From assembly GCA_035221665.1 (NCBI GenBank), contig CM069137.1, positions 80,166,001 through 80,230,000 on the forward strand: a stretch of 64,000 nt of DNA, written 5' to 3'. The position numbers and the translations under genes were made by a program. Positions 24,173 through 35,244 of this stretch are shown piece after piece. The first letter of the stretch is position 1. Each line of letters begins with the position of its first letter. This DNA comes from Okamejei kenojei (Eukaryota). The notes beneath the pieces are model-generated. The model searched no databases. It worked only from the letters and a program-made list of their open reading frames with translations, and had not been told where the DNA came from.

Positions 24173-25309
24173 AGATTATAAAATTCACCAAAGCACGGCT
24201 GTGGGCAGTTTTAGTGAGCACTCTCAATCCAATTGTTGGACTCATCCCACCTCTTCCACATTATAACTAATACACCAAATTGTGGGAGAATCCTTGGGGA
24301 TGTCCGACCCGAATTTGTAGCTAATGACTCAATCTCCAGTCACTGCAGATATTTGGAACAGGAGCTAAACCTTTATGTAGTTGTGTGTCTAGTTGTTTTT
24401 TTTTTGTATGGCTGTATGGTAATTCGCATATCACTGTACCTTGTGGTACATGTGACAATATAAGACCTTTGAAACATTTGAAACCTTTGAAACTCTTGCA
24501 CCTCCTCTTTCAGAGAAGCAAACATCATCACTAAACCAAGGGTAGAAATGATCCACTGGCCCCATTGTCCGACATCCAAATGCCACCATCTCTCAACTGG
24601 TGTTGTCACCGGAATAAAGTTGCTCAGTCACTGAATTCTATGATTGGTGCTGGGAGCTGCCATCATACAAGCAATACTTTGCTGCCTAACTCCTATAGAG
24701 ATGCCAAATGTTTTCATTGCAAGCATCAAACAATCATACATTTGTCTGAATGTCAAGAAATCTGCACAATACCTATTACTATTTTTTTTAACATAGAAGA
24801 AAATAAAGTAATTTCAATTTGTTTTCTGTTCCACATATGTGGAGTAAAGTGGAAGCTGGAGGGATAGTGACATCGACAGATGGTGACTTGTCTAGATCAT
24901 ATTAATGTAATCAGCCATCCATTAATTTTTACATTACTTCAGAATCTACCTTAGCTGTGGATGTTTTTATTGTACAAGTGAATGTTACTTCTGCCACTAC
25001 ACTATAACTGCAGAGCAGATGGGAGAGAGGGGATCTGTCTATAAAGATTAAAGTTAATCATTTCCAGAACATAAGCACATTACCTTAACAAATGCAAACC
25101 GTTCCATTCCACTGCTGTGCTCTCTGTAAATCTATTATTTGTGAACCTATTTCATTTTCTCAACTTCCAATCTTAAGAACACTCACTGGAGTTCAAATTC
25201 AGCACATTTTGCAAGCGAGTACAGCAATTGTTCAATCAAACAAACTTGGTACATCCAATTGCACATTCCAATGATATCAGCATCTAGCCAATCAACACTG
25301 TAATTATGC

Positions 25310-26050
25310 ACAAAGTGCTGGAGTAACTCAACGGGTCAGGCAGCATCTCTGGAGAAAAACGATCAGCGACGTTTCAGACGTCCGACCTTCCGACCCAAAA
25401 CTTCACCCATCCTTTTTCTCCAGAGATGCTGCCTGACCCGCTGAGTTACTCCAGCACTTCGTATCTATTTTCAGTATAAACCAGCATCTGCAGTTCCTTC
25501 CTATATGGTGCGATTATACAGGCTGGTTGCACCAAATGGGGATTAAATATTGCCATTGGCTCATAGTGGTTAAAGTTAGCCCACATTGCCTAAAGCAAGT
25601 ACATGCATCCAGAATTGCAGAGATTTATAAAATAAGAAACTACAGATGCTGGTTGATACATAAAAGGACACAAAGTGTGTAGGAAGAAACTCCAAATGCT
25701 GGTTTACACAAAAGATAGACACAAATTGCTGGAGTAACTCAATGCTTCAGGCAGCATCTCTGGAGAAAAGGAATAGGTGATGTTTTGGGTCGAGACCGTT
25801 CTTCAGACCAATCTTAAGAACCTTAACTACCAATCTTATAAACAGTCACTTTCTGAAGACAGGGTCTGAAGAAGGGTCTTGACCGGAAACGTCACCTATT
25901 CCTTTTTTCCAAAGATGCTGCCTGACCCACTGCGTTTCTCCAGCATTCTGCGTGTATCTCAAGGACACAAAGTGCTAGAGTAACTCAGCAGGTCAGGCAG
26001 CATCCCTGGAGAGCATGGATAAGTGACGCTTTGGGTCTAGACTCTTTTTC
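25310..26050. mobile_element. Cluster of Penelope-terminus-derived fold-back elements
   Basis: Hairpins at 25310-25505 and 25677-25958 (gctggagtaactca...gcagcatctctgg / cca.agatgctgcctgaccc.ctg); hammerhead core at 25866-25893. Confidence 0.8.
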
Positions 26051-26819
26051 CAAGATCCTTGAATCTCTTGGCAGGAAGATGTGATGGGCACATATACTGA
26101 AGGGTGCACAAGAAGTGGATCTAATTTGCAAATGTGACACGACATCGGAGGGAGTTTGCTGCAGGTTTACTTTGCAGGGTGAAGCAGGGGGGCCTTGCAC
26201 TAGATTCTGAACAGCTCTCTGGAAAACACAAAGAAAACATTGAGAGCAGATGGCTGCTGAGCACAATAATAGGAACCAAGCTGCAAGAAGCAGTAAGAAA
26301 TCTAACAACCTTGTAGAAGTAGTCAAGGTCATTAAATGCATTTTGAAATGGCATATCCTACTGGTCACATCCCTGGGATCTGATAGCGCTCAATGCTTGT
26401 TACCTGTCACACATCTGCCAACAATCTCTGTCAAGAAGCAATCAGTCCCCATACTCATCAGATTCATGTCAGTCTGAGACACTTGGCACTGCAATAAGTG
26501 TCACAGCCTCATCTCACAACCTGCACATGCTTCCAGCTTTCAATGCAATGGATTTGCCAGCTAAGCAGATTCCGGGACACCCACTGGGATACTTCCTTCT
26601 CCCTTGCAGGCCAAGATGGCGCAGAAGCTGATGAGACTAGAACCAGCTGGCAAGGGACTGGCATGGCAGTGCTTCCAACCCATGGAGTAAATGACTCTGC
26701 CCATTCGAGGGGTGGCTTCGCTGAGGCAGTGAACAGTGGTGGGGTTCAACTCTGGAGATGACAGTATTCCTATTTTTTTAACCACATCGTACCACACCCC
26801 TGGCCCACACTCTCCTTAA

Positions 26820-26965
26820 AGGGTCTGTCCCAATCTTTGGCGACTGCTGGCACCCGTCATAGTCGCAGCAGGTCGCCGAAAATGTTCAACATGTTGAAAA
26901 TCCAGCGGCAACCAGAAAAAGGTACGACTCTTTGGGCGACTACTCACGACCATACAGGCAACATG
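26820..26965. mobile_element. Truncated Harbinger MITE (family C)
   Basis: taa-agggtctgtccca plus internal sequence shared with 20367-22082. Confidence 0.65.
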
Positions 26966-27737
26966 TCAACCCAAGCTCAGCAACATGACCTGGCAAGGTA
27001 GGGAAGGCAGGAAGACAAGACGATAGTTTTTGCTCCGAGGCTGGCACTGTGATTTAGTTGGAGAACGGCGTGGAGTTGGTATTGGGTATGGGGGACTAGC
27101 AGCCAGCGCAGATGGATGGCAAGGACAGCTCGGATGTCCTCATCTCCTGCATCACCTCATGGTCTAGTTTTACTGTCAAGAAATTCAGATGGTAACATTT
27201 GATGGGCAGGCTACATTTAAAGGCTAAAGGGGAGGCTCAAAGAAATACTAGGTGCATACGGCCAACATTGTATGTGAGCATTAGGCCTAGGGTCGCTGGA
27301 TCTGTAAGGCAGCATTTCTACTAGCATCACCTTCAAAAAGTCACATCACCCTTGCCACAATCCCCAGGATGCCTTCCAAGTTGGATTGGGAATAGCTCCA
27401 TCCAAGACCACAAGGAAGGAATTGCAGAGGAATGTGGATGCAGTCCAGACCATTGCACAAACCAACCTCCATTGACTCCATCTACACCTGGTTTGTGTGA
27501 TGGTCTGGGCCGCGTCCACAATTCACTGCAATTTATTTCGGTCTTGGATGGAGCTGTCCCCAAACCAAGCTGTGATACATCTTGATAAAATGCTTTCAAC
27601 CTGTTTCCCTTAGAAGAGATATGAATAACAAGCAACCTCCTCCCTCGCCTCTGTCCAGGGACCCCGACAGTCCTTTCAAGTTAGGCACCTCATCCAACCT
27701 CATCTACTGTATCCGTTGTTCAAGATGTGGAGTCTTA

Positions 27738-28016
27738 TGCCCCTGTCCCACTTAGGAAACCTGAACGGAAACCTCTGGAGTCTTTGCGCCCCACCCAAGG
27801 TTTCCGTGCGGTTCCCGGAGGTTTTTTTCCACCGGCAACCACCTTCAACTAGCATCGCAACCGGCTTCGACTACAAAAATACCGATTTTTAAAACGGAAA
27901 CCACTTTCGACCATTAGGGAGACTGACAAAAACCTCCGGGAATCTCACGGAAACCTTGGGTGAGGCGCAAAGTCACCAGAGGTTTCCGTTCGGGTTTCCT
28001 AAGTGGGACAGGCGTA
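27738..28016. mobile_element. PIF/Harbinger-type MITE (family D)
   Basis: Long TIRs TGCCCCTGTCCCACTTAGGAAACC...; flanks TTA...TAA. Confidence 0.85.
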
Positions 28017-28180
28017 TAATACATCGACGAGACCAAACAGAGACTGGCCGATCATTTCGTGGAACACCTTCGCTCAGCCCACGTGAACCAACAATGTCTC
28101 CCGGTTGACGGACACTTTAATTCTCCTTCCCATTCCTACACAGATCTTTCTGTCCTCGGTCTCCTGCACTGTCAGAGTAA

Positions 28181-28685
28181 AGCCCCTATCCCACTTAGGA
28201 AACCTGAATGGAAACCTCTGGAGACTTTGCGCCCCACCCAAGGTTTCCGTGCGGTTCCCGGAGGTTTTTTCAGTCTCCCTAATGGTCAAAAGTGGTTTCC
28301 GCTTCCTCTATGTTCCGGCGATTATTGGTGGTTGCCGGAGGTTGCAGGTAGTGGAAGGTAAGACCTTTTTTTCACCCAGTTTTATTGGACCAGGGAGGTC
28401 TTACCTTCCACTACATGCAATCTCCGGCAACCACCTTCAACTAGCATCGCAACTGACTTTGACTAAAAAATTACCGATTTTAAAAACAGCAACCTATTTT
28501 TAGTCACGGCCGGTTTTGAATTTTTTTAAATAATCGCCGGAACATAGATGAAGCGGAATCCACTTTCGACCATTAGGGAGACTGACAAAACCCTCCGGGA
28601 ACCTCCGGGAACTGCACGGAAACCTTGGGTGGGGCGCAAAGTCTCCAGAGGTTTCCGTTCAGGTTTCCTAAGTAGGACAGGAGCA
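28181..28685. mobile_element. PIF/Harbinger-type MITE (family D)
   Basis: TIRs over 100 bp; TSD TAA/TAA. Confidence 0.85.
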
Positions 28686-29489
28686 TAAGACTAAACTTAA
28701 GCAAATCGAGGAACAGCATCTCATATTTTGCTTGGGCAACTTACAGCCCTCTCACTTCAGGTAGCCCCGGCATTCCCCCTCTCTCTTTCCCTCCCCCTTC
28801 CAAGTCGCACTAGCTTCTCGTTTTCACCCTACAAACAGCTAACGGCCTGTTTCCTTTATCATCATTACTTTTTTGCATATCTTTTATTAATTGTTCTTTA
28901 TCTCTCCACATCATCGTCTATATCTCTCGTTTCCCTTATCCTTAACCAATCTGAAGAAGGGTCTCGACCCAAAATGTCATCCATTCCTTCTCTCCAGAGA
29001 TGTTGTCTGTCCCGTTGAGTTACTACAGTTTTTTTTGTGTCTATCTTCTGAATAACAAGCAGATTGGATTTAAATTAAATGTTGCAGAATAAAGGGAAGC
29101 TGAGGAAAGTCTCTCAATCTAAGACTGCACTCTGGTTAAAAAAGAAACCGTATACACGTTACACTTTTGTACTGTAACCACGAAAGCTGAAGACTGAGAA
29201 CTGGATTAGTCCCCAGAGCTCTTTATTTGGCAGGTTCCAATTCAGGGGGACCTGATTATCATCCACAATGCTGCAAAATCATATTATTGCAATAGGAATA
29301 CGATGCAAACAGGCGGTGAATCATTCCCGCCCTGATTATGAAGTAACTTAAAGGTAGAAACCTCACAAGTAAATTCCTGGTGTTCATCTGTACAGCACGA
29401 GTTAGAATGGATTCAGATATGAAAGGGGAATGTTCCATTAGCCACTGCCATCAATTTCCCCGACGCATCGTTTGTGTAGGAAGGAACTG

Positions 29490-29971
29490 GTCATCCCGCG
29501 GCCTACCAGCTGGACTGGCACGGCCTTTCCTGCCGGGACCGGATGAGAGCTTCAACAGCAGTGGCGAGACGCTGGAAACATTGCGGAGTGGGCGAAGCCT
29601 TCCTGGGATCGCTGCTTGGAGCTCCAGAGTGTTGGGTCGCTGCTCCAACATCGCGGAGCTGTGGGTGCGGAGCTCTCAACATTCCCGGCGAGAGGGCCTG
29701 AACATCGGGCCGCCCGTAGCGGCAACTACGGGGGGCTCGGGAGGCCCCGACCACGGGTGAACATTGGGGAACATCAGTGAGGAGGTTGACTGGACTGTGC
29801 TCCCTTCCCTCACAGTGGGGAACTTTGGTGCTGATGTGGGGATATTTGTGTTGTGAACTACTGAGTTCTGTGTTTTGCGTTTTTTTTACCTTTTTTTTTG
29901 TATGACTGTAAGGGAAAAACAATTTTGTTGTCTCTTCATTGAAGTCAATGACAATAAATTAAATCAAATCA
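29490..29971 (+). mobile_element. GC-rich non-autonomous retroposon with L2-like tail, inserted in a PLE terminus
   Basis: Ends atgacaataaattaaatcaaatc; host ggaaggaactg|cagatgctgg is split with an AACTG duplication. Confidence 0.55.
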
Positions 29972-31599
29972 AACTGCAGATGCTGGTTTAAACCGAAGAT
30001 AGACACAAAATGTTGGAGTAACTCAGCGGGACAGGCAGCATCTCTGGAGGGAAGGAATGGGTGACGTTTCGGGTTGAGCCCCTTCTTCATCCTTTCTTTT
30101 GCTTGGAAAACAGTGATACCTTGTGATGGAGGCATGGCAGCTATTTGTCAGGCTCATAAAAGATTAGTTCAAAGATAGACCCAAAATGCTGGAGTAACAA
30201 GCAGCATCCCTGAGGAAAAGTAATTAGGTGACGTTTTGGGTCGAGACCCTTCCTCAGAAAGATTAGTTCATCAACATTGAAACTACAGATAGAGGGTCCA
30301 ATGGTAAATAGTATTCAAACCTCCTAAGAAGATGTTTTGGAGTGTACATGATTCCCTGTCATGTTGCCTGGAGAATTATCAAAGGGATTGTTGACTACAG
30401 CAGCACCAACATGTTCTGGTAAGAAATAAATACCAAACACTGTCATTCGATGATCATCTGAAAAACCGGGAGGCATCTAATGCAGAATTTGATTTGCTGT
30501 GTATATAGCATCAATCTGAAGTACCAAGTCCATCTTTTGATACTTCAACAAGGCATGCACATCCCTTTGAACTTGAAAGTGGGTGCATGTGACAGATTGA
30601 AGTTGAATGAAAATATATGGATGACAGATAAAGAGGAATGACCAAAGTTAAAAAGATAAGTGTGTGCAGAGAGATAGTGATGTGCACTTACTGTCATATG
30701 CCTGCCTAGTGGAATTTAAAGTGACAGGCGCATGTACAAGGGATCAGAACATATCAGACAACATAGCAGCAAGTACAGATGGAAGTTCAGTGCAGCAAAT
30801 TCTTTCAATAGTTGTGAGGAATGATGAAGAGAAGGCAAGAGAAAAGAAAAATCATTATTTATGTTTGGATCGGTTGCATTTTTTCAATAATGCTGCCATT
30901 GATTGTATCTTTGAAAACTGATTCGGAACTTAAAGGGAACAATGTACTGTACACTTGACAAGTGTGACATTGTATGCTTGCACATGAAGGATGGGAGAAG
31001 GAGAAGGGGAAAGGGTGTAGGGGAAATAAGAGGGTGGGTTCCCACACTGTCAGCAGGTTACACATCAGAAGAAGTCATGGACTGAAGGTTAAGAAAGTGT
31101 GAGAACGAAGATCAGGCAGCTGGATACCTTCATCGGGGGACAACACCAGGTTTGATGGTGCCCACACTGACACGTGTAGTAAGGTGAACATATACGGTCA
31201 GACTTATTTCCGATGTCAAACATCAGTGACAAGAGGTCCAGGGCCACACAGGAGTATAGTCCTTCATCATTACTAAGGAGGGACAATTGATAAGAGGTCT
31301 TCCACTCCCACTTTCTTCCTGTCCCACTTTTCCCCTCTCCTTCCTGATTGGAACTGCTGGATTTATAAGAGATAGGGCTGAGATGAGGATGAGATTAATT
31401 GGTCCAATAACCATTTATTGGACCTAGCCGTGGCTCATTGCCTGTGGCCTCAGTTTATTCCAGAGTGCCGATGTGTTCCGGCAACGGTCCTCATCCGGCT
31501 TGTGACAAGGATCAGGAGGATGTGCCACCACGCTGCGGCCTTCTGGGCTCAGCATTGAGTTCCACAACTTCAGCTCACTTGCGTTCTCTTTTAGAATTC

Positions 31600-32130
31600 G
31601 GAGTTTAGAGATGCAGCGTGGAAACAGGTTATTCAGCCCCACCAAGTCGATGCTGACCATCGATCAACCATTCAGCAATTCTATGTTATCCCACTTTCTC
31701 ATCAACTCCCTACACACGAGTGACCATTTTTCTGCTGACTGGAGAGCACGCAGCAGAAAAGGTTTTGACTGTACCTCGGTACACGCAACAATAAACTGAA
31801 CTAAACTGAGAGACCAAGTAATCTGCACACCTGCACATCTATGGGAGGAAGCCCACACGGTCAAAGGGAGAACTGGTAAGTTCTCGTTTAATCTTACTAT
31901 TTTATCCCACTTTCTCATCCACTTCCCTATACACTCTAGAGGCAATTTACAGCAACCAATTAACCGGAAACTCACACGTCTTTGGGATGTGGGAAGAAAC
32001 CAGAGTATCCAGAGGAAACTTCCGAGATCACAGTGAGAATGTACAAACTCCACACAGACAGCACCCGAGGTCAGGATCGAACCTGGGTCTCTGGCGCTGT
32101 GAGGCAGCAGTTCTACCAGCTGCACCACTG
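31600..32130 (-). mobile_element. Two abutting V-SINE pieces with an orphan DIRS terminus (31871-31903) between them
   Basis: SINE tail, V-domain and head on the minus strand; 33-bp match to 4024-4056. Confidence 0.75.
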
Positions 32131-32384
32131 TGAGTATGTTAGGCATTCATCCATGATATGGGCTCAGCTTGAGTATTTGTCTCCCTTTTACTCTGGGAGG
32201 AGAGATCTTCCCTTGCCTGACTTGCTGCCTTGTCCTCCTGTTCTGCATTTTGCAACTCAGCCATTCTACTCTTAAGTTCTCACACTCTCTCCAATTCACT
32301 CATCAGTTAGAGTTAGGAGGGTTACACAAAAAGCTGGAGAAACTCAGCGGGTGCAGCAGCATCTAAGAGGCGAAGGAGATAGGC

Positions 32385-32412
32385 GACGTTTCGGGTCGAG
32401 ACCCTTCTTCAG
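32385..32412 (-). ncRNA. Minimal hammerhead ribozyme core in pLTR
   Basis: CTGAAGA-A-GGGTC-TC-GACCC-GAAA-CG-TC on the minus strand. Confidence 0.65.
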
Positions 32413-33469
32413 ACTGGTCAGGGATCAGGGAAACGAGAGATATAGACAGTGATGTGGAGAGATAAAGAACAATGAATGAAAGATATGCAAAAAAGTATCG
32501 ATGATAAAGGGAACAAGCCATTGTAAGCTGTTTGTGGTGTGAAAATGAGAAGCTAGTGCGACTAGGGTGGGGGAGGGAGATAGAGATAGAGGGAATGCCA
32601 GGGCCCGAGGGCTGAGGGAGAGGTGGGAAGGGGAGGAGACAGCAAGGGCTAACAGAATTGAGAAAATTCAATATTCAAGCCCTAAAGGATGCAGACTCCC
32701 CAAGCGGAATATGAGGTGCTGCTTCCTCCAACTTGCGGTGTTGCTCACTCTGGCCGTGGAGGAGGCCCAGGACCGAGAGGTCGGATACGGAATGGGAGGG
32801 GGAGTTGAAGTGCTACCGGGAGGTCGGGTTGGTTTTTGCGGACCGAGCGGAGGTGTTCGGCGAAACGATCGCCAAGCCTCCGCTTGGTCTCACCGATATA
32901 GATCATCTGGCATCTGGAGCAGCGGATGCAGTAGATGAGGTTGGAGGAGGTGCAGGTGAACCTCTGTCGGACCTGGAAGGACTGCTTGGGTCCCTGAAAG
33001 GAGTGGAGGGGGGAGGTGAAGGGACAAGTGTTGCATTTCTTGCGGTTGCAAGGGAAAGTGCCCGGGGAAGGGGTAGAGCGGGAGGGGAGGGAAGAATTGA
33101 CAAGGGAGTTGCGGAGGGAGCGGTCTTTGCGGAAGGCAGACAACACCGCAAGTTGGAGGAACAGCACCTCATATTCCGCTTGGGGAGTCTGCATCCTTTG
33201 GGCTTGAACATTGAATTTTCTCAATTCTGTTAGCCCTTGCTGTCTCCTCCCCTTCCCACCTCTCCCTCAGCCCTCGGGCCCTGGCATTCCCTCTATCTCT
33301 ATCTCCCTCCCCCACCCTAGTCGCACTAGCTTCTCATTTTCACACCACAAACAGCTTACAATGGCTTGTTCCCTTTATCATCGATACTTTTTTGCATATC
33401 TTTCATTCATTGTTCTTTATCTCTCCACATCACCATCTATATCTCTCGTTTCCCTGATCCCTGACCAGT

Positions 33470-33497
33470 CTGAAGAAGGGTCTCGACCCGAAACGTC
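33470..33497 (+). ncRNA. Minimal hammerhead ribozyme core in pLTR
   Basis: CTGAAGA-A-GGGTC-TC-GACCC-GAAA-CG-TC; palindromic helix III; helix I weak. Confidence 0.65.
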
Positions 33498-33952
33498 GCC
33501 TATCTCCTTCGCCTCTTAGATGCTGCTGCACCCGCTGAGTTTCTCCAGCTTTTTGTGTCACCCTCGATTCTCCAGCATCTGCAGTTTCTTCGTTAACAAT
33601 TAGAGTTAGGAGTTGGCAACTTTATCTCGCTAACATCTCGGATGACATGTTTGTAGGTTAATTGGCTTTGGTAAAATAAATTGTCCACTGCATGTGTAGG
33701 TTAGTGTACGGGGTGATCGCTGGTCGGTGTGGACTCGGTGGGCTGAAGGGCTTTCTTCACTGCCTGCTGGACCTGCATGCCAACTTTCAGTGACCGGTGT
33801 ACAAGGACACCCAGGTCTCGCTGTACCAGGTCTCCCTTACCTAACCTAACCCCACTGAGATAATAATCTTCCCCTTTGTTTTTGCCACCAAAGTGGATAA
33901 CCTCACATTTATCTATATTATTCTTCTTACTGATGCCACCAGGGCGCAGTTA

Positions 33953-34241
33953 TGCCCCTGTCCCACTTATGAAACCTGAACGGAAACCTCTGGAGACTTT
34001 GCGCCCCACCCAAAGTTTCCGTGCGGTTCCCGGAGGTTCCCGGAGGTTTTTGTCAGTCTCCCTAATGGTCGAAAGTGGTTTCCGTTTTAAAAATCGGTAA
34101 TTTTTTAGTCGAAGCCTGTTGCGATGCTAGTTGAAGGTGGTTGCCGGCGGACAAAAACCTCCGGGAACCGCACGGAAATCTTGGGTGGGACGCAAAGTCT
34201 CCAGAGGTTTCCGTTCAGGTTTCCTAAGTGGGACAGGGGCA
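33953..34241. mobile_element. PIF/Harbinger-type MITE (family D)
   Basis: TIRs TGCCCCTGTCCCACTTA / TAAGTGGGACAGGGGCA; flanks TTA...TAA. Confidence 0.85.
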
Positions 34242-34551
34242 TAAGGCAACAAATCTACAGCTGTGCCACCATGTCTCACTTCCTGCTGGGTAATGAGCAG
34301 GAATCCTCAGGAAGTGTAATGTTCACCTAAGCCGTGAGGCTGCCGTGGTAATATGCCACCTCTCAGAATCAGAATCACAGTCACTAATAAGGACTGGGTT
34401 AAAACTTGATCGTAGTTGGAGAGCAGGAGGCATCACAGAGGGGGGGCAGCGAGAGAGGATGGTACAGAACTCTTGTCGGAGAGAGGAGGAGAACTTTTTC
34501 AAAGTAGATACAGTACACCTTGAGGAGATTTCGCAGTGGAGCAGACAACAT

Positions 34552-34817
34552 GTGTAGGAAAGAACTGCAGATGCTGGTTTAAACTGAAGATAGACACAAA
34601 AAGCTGGAGTAACTCAGCTGGACAAGCAGCATCTCTGGAGAGAAGGAATAGTGATGTTTCAGGTCGAGACCCTTCGAGTCCAGTCCGAAGAAGGATCTCG
34701 ACCCGAAACGTCACCCATTCTTTCTCTTCAGAGACGCTGCCTGTCCCGCTGAATTACTCCAGCTTTTTGTCTCTATCTTCAGTTTAAAGCAGCATCTGCA
34801 GTTCCCTCCCTCACACT
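34552..34817. mobile_element. Penelope-terminus-derived fold-back element
   Basis: ~120-bp arms gtgtaggaaagaactgcagatgctg... / ...cagcatctgcagttccctccctcacac, with opposed hammerhead-like cores at the centre. Confidence 0.85.
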
Positions 34818-35244
34818 GATATAGGACTGTTGTTTGCCGGTGGTTAAAGATATCACCATCCTGACCTTTAAATGCAAGCCTCTCTCAAGGTTGCTACAGG
34901 CTGCTGCAATCACCTTGCTGTTATTCGGGTTCCAGACTTACTCTTTCTAAGCAAGCAGATATCAAGAACCTATACCCCAAGGAACAGCAGCCACAGCTAT
35001 TAATCAGCATAAAGACACAAGAAACTGCAGATGCTGGAACCTTGAGCAAAGTGCAAGGTGCTGGAGGTACTTTGGGTTAGGCAATAGATAGTTACAAAGT
35101 GCTGGAAGTAACTCAGTACGTCAGCCAGCATCTCTGGAGAAAAGGATTAGATGACATTTCAGGTCAGAACCCTTCTTTAGGGTTAGGCAGCATCTGTGGA
35201 GGGAATGGATTGGGAACATTTCAGGATGGGACCGCTCCAATTAT

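Larger units (their letters stand above)
27630..29050 (+). mobile_element. Penelope-like element 3' fragment (GIY-YIG endonuclease + pLTR), with two MITE insertions
   Basis: QGPRQSFQV..NLIYCIRCSRCG..YI.ETK; pLTR with ctgaagaagggtctcgaccc (~28951). Confidence 0.85.
32320..33599. mobile_element. Young Penelope-like element with inverted pLTRs
   Basis: GIY-YIG ORF on minus (CNRKKCNTC, NLIYCIRCSRCQMIYIGETKRRLGDRFAEH). Near-identical ~420-bp inverted arms (32320-32742, 33141-33562). TSD TTAGAGTTAGGAG (32307-32319, 33600-33612). Confidence 0.92.

Noticed and set aside
30664-30921. 85-aa ORF in apparently unique sequence
   Set aside because: No recognisable domain, non-ATG start and no supporting exon structure.
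31089-31286. ORF with Ig-like motif DEGLYSCVA
   Set aside because: No upstream Ig cysteine/tryptophan pattern in frame and no convincing splice sites; probably chance or a decayed repeat.
32567-33519. Mirror-image ORFs on both strands
   Set aside because: A consequence of the inverted pLTR; only the GIY-YIG frame is meaningful.
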